Assembly: GCA_030265395.1 (NCBI GenBank)
Contig: JARFYF010000007.1
Span: 46,785,333 to 46,849,332, forward strand
Length of the DNA: 64,000 nt
DNA from: Rhina ancylostomus
Lineage: Eukaryota
Direction of reading: 5' to 3'
Of this stretch, positions 41,901-53,900 are shown in pieces (within the stretch, counting starts at the first letter, position 1; each line of letters begins with the position of its first letter). Made by a program: the position numbers and the translations under genes. Under the pieces are notes generated by a model, which saw only the letters and a program-made list of their open reading frames with translations, searched no databases and had not been told where the DNA came from.

Positions 41901-44900
41901 GAGAGCCCTATTCACACATTGAGTGTACATGGCATTGTTTTTAATACATTTAGAAATAAGGTCCAACATATTTACCAGTGAATGGACATTCAGTTATCAC
42001 TTGTTGACCAACCCAAAATGAGAAAGCATGTAATCAGTCTCTTCCAACAAAACCTTACTGCGTGATCATAATGTGCCTTACACATCCCTGCCTCTTTTCA
42101 GGGTCTGGTAGTCTCTTCCCTTTGGTCAGTTAAAACCTTGTTTAATATAGTGACAGCACTAGGATCAAACCTGTTATCTCCGTTTACCATGTTGCTCGAG
42201 GGGTCTTCCGATATCTCATGCTCTGTTAGTAGCTACTGTATATGCATTGCCTGCACTTACTTGAGAGATCTGTCATTGCCTAACAATATGTTATAACTAT
42301 ATGGATCCTGTCAGTGAATTCTGTCCTCAGGCCCCTGGTTACTACGGAGATGGCCTTCGACACAACAATGGAATTATCCCCACTGTCATTGAGACAATCC
42401 TGGAGCTAGCTCCGTTATTTCTCTAAATGCTTACCTATAGGAGGGAAAGACTCACCCATTCACCTTACCAGTGCAGTCCACACACACTCAGATTGTGCAA
42501 TGCATTGCCATTTTTATATATGTTTGGAGATAGGTGTAGTGTCTTCACCAATGAATGGATGTTCAGTTATCACTCCTTAACCTACCTAGACATGGAGGCA
42601 TGTGATCAGTTGCCTCTAACATCACCTCCCCTACATGATCAACACATGCCTTGCACACTGTGTCTGTGGTCAGGGTCTGGTGGCTTCAAGGCTGAACTAT
42701 CTCTTTGTTCAGTTAAGACCTTGATTACCATGGTGATGGTACTAGGATAAGATACTTATTTATTAGTCACACGTACATCGAAACACAGTGAAACGCATCT
42801 TTTTGCGTTACTGAGAATGTGCTGGGGGCAGCCCGCAAGTGTCGCCACTCTTCCGTATCAAACCTGTATGTCTTTGGAATATGGGAGGAAACTAGAGCAC
42901 CTGGAGAACATACATGCTCCTTACAGCGGCAGAATCAAACCCGGGTCACTGGTGTTGTAATAGCATTATGCTAACCACTACATACGTGCCATGGGAATAG
43001 GCCCATTATCTCCAATTACCACATTTCTCCAGAGGCCTCCTGCTACCTCTTATCTTGTGCTCTGTTAGGAGAAATCTACATTGCCCACATTTACTTGAGA
43101 GAATAAGCATCTGTCATTGCCTTCCAATATGTCATTACTGTATGAAAATGTCTTTGTGTCCCTTTCTGAGGATCTTGTCTTAACTCAGGCCCCTGGATAC
43201 CGTAGAGGCAGCCTGGAGACTGCTTTGGAGTTATTCACACTGTGATACAGATGCCTTCATTACCTCTCAATACATTAACACCAAAGACTGCTGTGTCCTT
43301 GTAGTCTCCCAGGGTCACCGCTAAGTGAGCTGCTTGTTTCTGAGCTTGTTGGTTCAGTTGCTCAAAACACAGCTGATTTGTTTGATGGGATTGAAATATA
43401 CTTTTGTTTCATACTGTGCATAATATATAAGAAATGCATTCATTTTGTTCAAGTTTACTAGAGACAACCTAAGGAGTGAACATGAAGCTTTGTGTTGTTT
43501 TCAGGTTTCCTCATTATTTCCCCGCATTGTCTTGTGTGATCCTCAGCTAAACTCTGCAACTGATTTCTCTTCCTTGATATTCATGTGAATGATGGTTATT
43601 GTGACATTTGTTTTGATGCCTTTATAACGTTAAGCGAGCGAGCTATATTCTGACCAACATGGTCAAAACCTGGATGACCAAGATTATGCACTCAAGGCTT
43701 GGCCTATCACTTGGTTTTCAAACATACGTGCAAATGGAAATTGTGGTTCGCAATGAGGACCACACTACTACAAGGAAAATCATGGTGAAGACCATCAGTA
43801 CCCTCGGCTAGCTTTTTCACAGCTTGGTTTGCATTGGAAAGCTTTGCAGTTCTCAGCCATGCAAGTACTGAGTTTTGTGCTGGTAAACAGTGAGACAGAC
43901 AATGTTGGAAGCACTCAGCATTACTGGTGAAAGAAAGAGAGACAACCTGATGCATTCATTATGAACAGTGGGCAAACTTGTGCATTAAGCTGCAGGGGAG
44001 GTGGGTGAAGGGAGACCAAGGGGAATGTCTGATAGGGTGCAGATTAAAGTTGTCAGGGTAACAATTCAACAAACAGCATTTGGAGACAGAAAGTACAAAT
44101 TGAATCAGAGANNNNNNNNNNNNNNNNNNNNNNNNNNNNNNNNNNNNNNNNNNNNNNNNNNNNNNNNNNNNNNNNNNNNNNNNNNNNNNNNNNNNNNNNN
44201 NNNNNNNNNNNCAGAAAGTACAAATTGAATCAGAGAGGCACAGGCTTACCTGGAAAGAGAAAGGAAAAGGAGTGATTTACCTGAAGTTGTTGAATTAAGT
44301 GTTAAGTTCTAAGGGGTGCAGTGTCTGCAGATGAAAGATGCTCGTGCACAAGTTGAGCATGGATGGAGCCATATAGCAGGCTAAAGGCAGAGAGGCAGAG
44401 TGGGAATGAGACAGAGAATCAAAAGGACAGGTGACTGGATGCTTAGCCAGTCTTGTGGACTGAATTGTGGTGTCTGTAGAGGGATTTCCCAGTTTACGTT
44501 TGCTTTCTCCTGTGTAGAGGGGAGAACATTCATGAGCATCATGACTAAATTGACTAGCTTGCAGTTTTTTACTGAAATGTTGAAATCAGACTGGCTGTCA
44601 AAAGTTTCAATGTTTACAAAAGAATTTACTAAATGCAGATCTCAAATGTTTTATGATGTAATTGAAAAGTCTAATTTTAGCTTTCATGAAACAAAATTGC
44701 TTTGCAGGTGAAATTTTGAACGTAACTAAAAATAGCTTTGCTAATTATTAATTTCTTTTTCTTTCAGTCCTGGCCACGTGTTTGTTGGTACAGGGGAAGA
44801 TAAAATTGGGTCAAAGTACCGAAAGGCTGTTTACAGGGAGTTTACAGATGGAACATTTACCACACAAAAAATAAGATTACCAGAAGAAAAGCATTTGGAA

Positions 44901-47900
44901 ATATTAGGTATTGAATATAACACATGTAACTCCCCCTGGATGTGATGTGTTGGCTTTTCAATGACAATTATAAAGCGTTTTCCAATAATCAGTAATCTGG
45001 ATGTTGCACATGTATTCTGCAAATCTCAGGTTTAAAATGTAAATATATTTAAAGCCTAAATACTCTGTATTTTATAGGTGGAGTATCTTCAATTAACTTG
45101 ATGTGGCATTGTGTAGTCTGTAAGAACAATCCGAAGGTTCTTCCTGATAATCATTAATCTGAATGCTACACTAACATTCTTCGCGTCTTAGACTTAAAAT
45201 GAAATATTATGTTTAGAGGCTAAGTGCTCCCTACATTGTGGTTGGAGTATCTTCTAAGTAAAATAGAATACAATTTAACCTAACCAGCTACTGTAATAGA
45301 ATGAAACAATGAATTGTCCAGTAACTGCCCTATTTCCACCGAGTGGGAGTGATGGGCACAGATCCAACTAACACTTAGACTTGCATTTTCTTCCTTGGCC
45401 CCATCACTGCTGAAGTGGAGACATAGTTACAGTTGGATCAGACAGTGATCTAAAAGGGCACAAGCCTTCCCACTCTCAAGCAATCGGCTCGCCAACACCC
45501 TGCCTCAGTCAACCAGAAGTTGGGCAATAATTGCTGGCCTTGTCAGCTACCCCACATCCTGTTAATGAGCAAAGGAATGAACCTTGCCCTGTTGAAATTG
45601 TTATGATAGCAATATTGCTCTCAATATCAAGTCATACCTTGCTCTGTTCCCCTCCTTTTACACATTTTCTTCTTGGATCATTTTATCCTCTTCTGTCAGT
45701 TTTGCCTCCAATTTAACATCCTCTTTCTCTGCTATCCTCCCTGATACCATAAAGGTACACTCACTGAGATATTGGCACCACTCTCGCTCATCCTCTGCAC
45801 CAAGTGGTTTTGCATTCTCAGTTATTGTGACCTCCATCTTAATTCTGAGTTTATTGATCAGCCAGCCTGCATTAAACTCTTCCTCAAAATAACAAAATAG
45901 TGGCTTGGATACCAACCAATGTAGGCACAATGATCCTAGAAACAGTAGTATGTTTTACCAGATTTGCATTCAGTGAAATGTATTTTTCATTGATTGAATA
46001 TGTATGGGGTATTTGGACCAAAGTATCCTTGTGGTTGGAACATTAAAGTCAAGTCCAAGTGGAGCTGTGATTGCTATAGGGAAGGAAACATAAGAAGTGA
46101 AATGCCAAAGCAGGAATATTAAAGGAAGATTTGTTTGGTGATAGGTTTTTAACTTACTGAAGGTCTCATGGAAGTAGTTCTTGCAGTGGCCTGGTAATGT
46201 AAAACAAATCTTTATTGTATAATCTAATGCCCTTAGGTCCAGTCATCCGAGCAGAGGTTGGTGATTCTATCCTGGTAATATTTAAGAACTTAGCGTCCAA
46301 GCCTTACAGTATACACCCACATGGTGTTGAAGAAGTAAACGGTGGTAAATATCTCAAAGTACCAGTTACTATGCCAGGTGAGTGACGTAGCACATTTCTC
46401 CATATTCATTTATTTTAATTAACATTTATTTTCTTCAAAGTTCCTTATCTAGAAGTAACTCCTCACATTATATATGCAAAGCTGGAGTTCCAAACACTTT
46501 TTTTCCCTCTATCTCCATTTTAGAAACTTGATTACCAAACTTCCAATTAGTATTTTTGAGGGTCAAAGGATCTGTCAACTTGTAACATGCAATTTGCAGA
46601 AAACTACTGAAATATAAAATAACAACTACATTCCCATTTTATTATTGGTGTTCTCCCCAAGGACTTGGTATTCCTCTGCACTGATATTTCTGACAGATCA
46701 ATGTACAAATTAGTTGAAACTGGAGCATTCAAAAGGCTCTCAGCACCCAACCAGGACAAAGATAGATGAAGTTATTTCTCCAAGTATCATCCATCATTAT
46801 TAGAGAGGATATTTGTTTGTATGACCACCATGAAAACACATTTTATCATTTTATGTATTCTGTGCTGAGTGATGTCATTTAAGACAATAAAGTTTTAAAA
46901 GTTGAATTGTAAGATTGCTACAATACGTATTAGAGAGGTATGAGGTGACTTGAAGTGATGCTCTCAAAATGTAATTATGATTTTATCCATTAAAAATATA
47001 ATTTTTAGAAATAGAAATATATCATTAAGCCAAAGGAAACCTTTTATGTTAAGCTCCACCATAAACATCTATTACTCATCAAGATGAGTTTCCCTGCTGC
47101 ATTATGCTACAGGTCTATCACCATTTGGATGAAAGTGCTCAGCTTTCTTTCTCCCATGTCAGCCTATGGATTTTTACTGATATATCATAATGTTTGCACT
47201 GTGAACATAACTGGTTTGTTCTTTGTTGCAACAACCAATCTGGTGGAAGAATTGAACAGGTCAAGCAGCATTCATAGGAGGAAAGGAATTGTCGACGTTT
47301 CATGTTGAAACACCTTGTTCTTTGTTGCCACATTTATGGTCATAAAATGTAATCAATACATTCTGTCAAACAAAGTATATTTAGTTTCTAATATTTTCCT
47401 TTGTTTTAATTTATCTTTTATCACTTTGTACTTCATGTCTTAATTAGATGTATCTGATATTATTTTAGGTGAGATCAAGACCTACAGATGGAATGTTCCA
47501 GAAAGATCAGGTCCTGGTAAAGGGGACTCAAATTGCAATACCTGGATCTATTATTCAGCGGTAAACTTCGTAAAGGTAACATTCAATTTAAAATGGTAAT
47601 GCATTATGGAACTAGATTCTCTGAAGCATTAAAGCAACTTGCTGATACTATGTTTGGGTTGTGAAGCTATTTGGTCATAACAGTATTTTAAATTTACATT
47701 ACCAGTCACTGGAACATTCTCAAAAGGTGTCTTTTTTGAATGTATCTTGTTGGATTATGATTATGTTTATTTTCTTGTCTAACATAATAAATAATGCAAA
47801 GGCACTGTCATTGAGATATTAGATATTAATGCTTAATATTTTGGGGGTACAAATTTCTTTGTAAAATTTATTTTAGAGGTAATAATAAGCCATTTATTCT

Positions 47901-50900
47901 GAATTGTTCAACAAATCCAAAGAGAGGGGAGAAAAGAACTTTGGACTATTAATATCCCATTGTGTGATTCCAATGACTTTTTCCTTTAATAAAAGGGTAA
48001 TGAAATTTTGAAAGTGCCAATATCTGTTTTTTAATTACTGCTTTATATCTGTGCATTTCCACAGCTAACAGTGCAGCAACTTTGACACTAACACTGTAGG
48101 AGCTCTGTCACTCCCTTTATTAAACTGCAATGTAATGGAGCTATTATAGCTGGTTTTGAGTGCTGAGTTATAATCCCAGTGCTTTCTGGTTAAACAAAGC
48201 AAAGCTTTGCTTACGCAAATTCCCAGAGCTATGCTCACCAGCATTTAAATGCTGCTTAAAATTTAAATGATGGTGAATAGCTGCCAAGATATTCAGCTCT
48301 TTTCTCAAATACAAATGTATAGAAAATATTTTGAAAATTCATTAGTCTACAGCCAGTGCAGAGATGAAGCAGAAAGAGGCTATCTACTTGAGATGTGATT
48401 AATTAAATATTAAACCCGATCCATGCCGATTCCAGAGCAACTGCACTGTCACTTGTATTGATGCAAATTTGTGCAGCTTGCCTCATTGCGAATTGTTTCA
48501 TCCTGCAAAATTAGCTCTTTAGTGCTTGTAATTACTCAATTGTCTGCATAATTTATTGTAAAGCAATGTGCAAATAAATAAGATGTACGAACTATTTAAT
48601 ATTTTTATTTCAGGATCTGTACAGTGGGTTGGTTGGCCCTGTGATTACCTGCCGTAAAGGAACACTTGATCAGAATGGCAGGAGAAAAGATGTTGATCGG
48701 GAATTTGCCTTATTGTTCCTGGTATACGATGAAAATGAATCCTGGTACCTGAATGACAACATCAGAACTAACCTTCATGTGGATGCAAAAGAGTTCAAGA
48801 AAACAGATGAATTTGCAGAAAGCAATAAAATCCATGGTATGTCCATATAATTGTAGTGGAGCTGTGCATTACTTTATGGAGGTAGCATGGTAGATTTTAC
48901 AAATATTTTTATTTCAGCAATTAATGGGAAGATCTATGGAAATCTTCATGGACTGACCATGTTTAAAGGAGACAAAGTTGACTGGTATTTGTTGGGAATG
49001 GGGAATGAAGTAGACATGCACACAGTTCATTTCCATGCCCAGAGCTTTATCTATAAGGTAAGCAACCTTTAAGTGATGATTTAATGGAATTTTATATATT
49101 TTTTCATGGCAATTGTCTCTGCATCAACTAGTTATTATGCAATGACATAGGTTGTTATAGTTTTATACTTTATGAACTACAGAATATTAACTTTAAATTC
49201 AAAATTACTTGTGAGGATATAACTCAGTTACAAAAGAGCAAAACCGCAGTCAAACGTCTATGCAGAGATATTTGGTTGGACTTTGAAAAAATGTGGTCAA
49301 CTGTTCCAAGTAATTTTCAAGAATATGCTCTGATCTTCATGGCATCCAGCATGGAACTGCAAAATTGTGGAGACACCCACACTCATGATGAGTTCCTGCT
49401 TAGCATTTTAGGGAGTCAAACATCTGTTTTAACCAGCTACTTGATTTGGCCTCACAGATTTAGAGATGGAACCAAAGCTTGCACATATGAAGTGCCAACC
49501 ATCTGACCCTATTACTAACTTGTGTTTGGTGTTTATTTTAAACAGTGATACAAACTAATTTTTATCCTGGAAAGTTAGAACCAAATGGTTTGAAACATCA
49601 ATGCAGCATAAAGTATGTGTCACATGGTTGTTTAAATATAGAAGCAGTAATTAGCAAAAGATAAGGTGTAGGAAGGAGTGATTATTGAAGTTAAGCTAGT
49701 GACTTGCTGATGCCCTGGCAGTAAATACCATAGATGGACTAAAGATTGCCTGAATACTGGAGGAGTGGATTCTGAATTAAAGATTAATGTGAACAGCCAA
49801 AGTTGTGACGGTTTCTGGGAATGTAAGTGAAAGAATAAGTACTTTTCAATTAATTTAAATAATTGAATAACATTTCAATTAATTGTATTAAGTAGGCAAT
49901 TAAAATAATGAGGAAGTACAATGATGGAAGACAGCAGATGTGTCAGGGAGGTAAGAGCTTATGGTTACAGTGGGAAAAGTTGCGCTTAATGGAAGGGTGA
50001 TCAGGCTAAGATATCTTTATTAGTCACGTTTACATCGAAACACGCAGTGAAATGGATCTTTGCATAAAATGTTCTGGGGGCAGCCTGCGAGAGCCGCCAC
50101 ACTTCCAGCACCAACCTAGCATGCCCACAACTTCCTAACCTATACATCTTTCGAAGGTGGGAGGAAACCGGAGCACCCGGAGGAAACCCACGCAGACACG
50201 GGAGAACATACAAACTCCTCACAGACACCAGCTGGAATTGAACCCGGGTTGCTAGCACTGTAATATCGTTATGGTAACCTCTACACTGATGTTAACCCCC
50301 ATTGGACCATTGGACAACTGTAAAAAATTTAGTGAAGAACTTAACATAACATGGAGCACTGAATTTTTTGTGCTCAAGAGGTGTTGGGTTTCTGTAAAGA
50401 TTTAAAATGTTGTAGTTTAGAGAAAATAAAATGGATAGTAAATAAGAGATGCTGATGATAAGAAAAATGTAGTCTGAATGATGATGTGAAAAAAGACACA
50501 TCAGCAGATGTGCTGGAAGTGCAAATTATTGAAAAAGTTAATGAAGAATGCTTCTGGACTGCTAAAGGAATGGAAGATTGTATGACGAACTGAAGTACAG
50601 TCTTAGGTGGACCACAGGTGGCAATGATGATGAGTTCCTTGTGTGAAGCAGCCATAGCAGAACAAAACTGCACTTTATGAATGATAAATTTGTGCTGTAA
50701 AATATCATCAACCAGAAGCACAATCAGATAATTCCTTAAGTACATTTTTGTAGGGTAATATTGGATGTTTTATGTTATTTTCTTATAGATGAGAAATGAT
50801 CACAGAGCAGATGTGTACGATCTCTTTCCTGGCACATTCCAGACAATTGAAATGGTTGCATCAAACCCTGGAACTTGGCTGTTACATTGCCATGTAACTG

Positions 50901-53900
50901 ATCACATTCATGCTGGCATGGAAACTGTTTATACTATCCTGAACCGGACAGGTAAACTCAAGACATACAAAGGAAAAACTTATTCCATTAAATTGTAAAC
51001 AAAGCATTTTATGCTTATTTGAATTTGACACTGTTGCAATGGGTGTATGTTGCTTACACATATGTCAAACTAGATTTGGTCCAGATCAGATTAAATCAAG
51101 CAATCATTTGTACTTCTGGGACAAATATGCATTAAACCTTCACATAGAAGGAATACTCTTTCCAGAATCTCAGTCCCATTTCTACTGATTAGCATTTTGG
51201 CAATCTTACATTTCATTAGAAGGTACCAAAGTTATGACAACAAATATATATACTTTAGCTCATTTTTGGAGAATCTTGTTTTGATCAAAGTAGAAATAGC
51301 ATTTATCCATTTAACAGTGGTTCTGCATTTCTGAACTTTATTATCTGGTTTAAAGTATTTCTGAAAAAGATGCTAAAACATGAGTTTAACATTTTCCTTT
51401 TTATTGTTAGTTTCTGTGAACCACCATTGATTATTGAATTACTGTGAACTGCATTACAGATTTGATGGCTGTTTGGCATTAGTTTAAAGCATAATTGTAA
51501 CTATGAGTAGCCAGTTTGACAATAGGTCAGGGCTTCCAATTTAAACTTTAAAGGAGACTGGAACTACCTTCTTTGTTGGTTGGGTTAGAAAAATCATTTT
51601 TTTAATCTTAAGTTTCTAAACATTCTTCAAAACTATTTCTCATAAATAACTATTATAAGAGTGTGTTTTCTAGGATTGATTATTATTTAACAAAACTTCA
51701 TGAGCATTCACTACCACATTTTTCCTTCCCTGAATTCCTATAATACCTTTAATGAGCTAAATCAGAAAAGGATGAATCACTCATGAATGCACACTTCAAA
51801 ACAAAGGTCAGCAGCCATTTCAAACAGCAAGCTACCAACCCACTATGCATGAAGTAAAATCACATGATCTTTAGCCATTAGAAGATGAGGAACAGAAGCA
51901 GAAATATGCCATTGCCAACCCCACCCCCAGGTCTAAATAAGATAGTGGCTGATCCTTTAGTGCTACTGTCCCTCAATAACCTTACACTTCCTTGATTTTA
52001 TTATATTTGTTGATCTCTCTTGAACATATTCAGCAACTGAACCTCCACTGCCCCTTTGGGTAGAGCATTCCATAGATTCTGTACTCTATGGGTGAAGAAA
52101 TTTCTCTTTATCTCCATCCAGAAAGGCCATGCCCTTATTTTGGGACTGGGTTTAATGACAATCGAGCCAGGGAGACATCATCCCTTCATTCACCCAGTCA
52201 AGCCTCACAAGAATTTCATTTGTATCAGTGATGTCACCCCTCACTCTTCTAAACTCTAAAGATTATAGACCCAGTTTGTTTAATCTCTCCATATTCAATT
52301 ATTCCCTCCTGACAGGAATCAATCTGGTGAATTTGGGTGCAATCCTGTTATCATGGGTATGTCCTTCCTTGTAGGGAGTTCAGACATGTAGACAGTAGTC
52401 CAGTCGTGGTTATGTCAGGCCCTATATAATTTCAGTAAGATGTTTTTACTCCTGTGCCCAAATTCTCATGCAATAAAGGAAAAATACCATTTGCCTTCCT
52501 AATTACTTGCTGTATCTGCATATTAACCTTCAGTGATAACTTTTTGAAATGCTGCATCTGGTCAAGGTACCCCACAGTGCAATTAGGTAAGTAGTTTCGA
52601 GAGTAGACTTTTAAGTGTTAATTGTCAGACTGTAGTTTTCATTCCTCATGGACAAGATGTGCATTGAATTTTCTACATTGTCAGGTTGACAATTCTGTGT
52701 TCTTTGTTCATTTATGACAATAATTCTAATGTCTCGTTACGCAAGGTTTGAATGTAATTTTTTCTAATATACTTTTAGATCTTTGGGAGTAATGTAACAA
52801 AGTATTAATTTATGTTTTCATAGATGATGCAAGGATTACTGTGAAAAGTCATTCTACAGATCCTACAAGAAATGGTGTGTGATTGTAATTGAACGGAGAA
52901 ATTATATTTACATTTTAATATATTTTAGAAAGTGAATGTCTTTCTGGCAGCATTCCTGCCATTGAGCCACCTGTGACAGGTTTGGGATCCATGCTACATG
53001 GCCCCAGTGAAATTAGTGTGGTCTCCAATTGGTTTGTTAACCACTAAGGGTGGGATAATTGTGACAGGACAGTTTATGTTAATAATCCCTATCCGAATCA
53101 GCAGGTTGTCTCGGGCCTGTCTGCAAGTGGATAAGATCAGAATAACAACCCTGAAGATAAGATAGATAAGATATCTTTATTAGTCACATGTACATCAAAA
53201 CACACAGTGAAATGCATCTTTACGTAGAGTGTTCTGGGAGCAGCCCGCAAGTGTCGCCACTTCTCCAGTACCAACATAGCATGCCCACAACCCATACGTC
53301 TGGAATGTGGGAGGAAACTGGAGCACCCACAACTAACCCACACAAATGGGGATAACATACAAACTCCTTACAGATAGTGGTGGGAATTGAACCCGGGTCG
53401 CTGGCACTGTAATAGCGTTACGCTAACTGCTACACTACCATGAATTACAGTAAAGTAAATCTGCAAGTGACTGCCCCAATTGTGGAGGTGGCTGGGATAC
53501 CTTACCTAAGGCAAGGAGCTCTGCAGTTATAAAGTATGAAGCAGGAAACACAAAATTTCCTTGATCTTTGCTCTGGGAAATGGTTCTAGAATCTCCTGTG
53601 AGAAAGTTGCTCACAAACACAATGGATGAAAGGATGTATGTGAGCCCATCTGTAATACAGCAGGTAGTACTTTATCCATTTATGTAAGCTTTTGAGGTCA
53701 GGTTCCTCTTTTGCAATTGATAAAATGTGAATGAGGTTTAGAGAAAGTTTAAATCTACCATTTAATCTCTCAGTCTAGTGATGGGACATCCGAACCTCTG
53801 ATTGGAACAGTAGGAGGAAGAGGGCTGTATTAGCCAGAGCTCTTTTTCCTCATTATCACCCTTTGATCTTTGAAAAATGTTTCTGAATGAATATCAGTTG

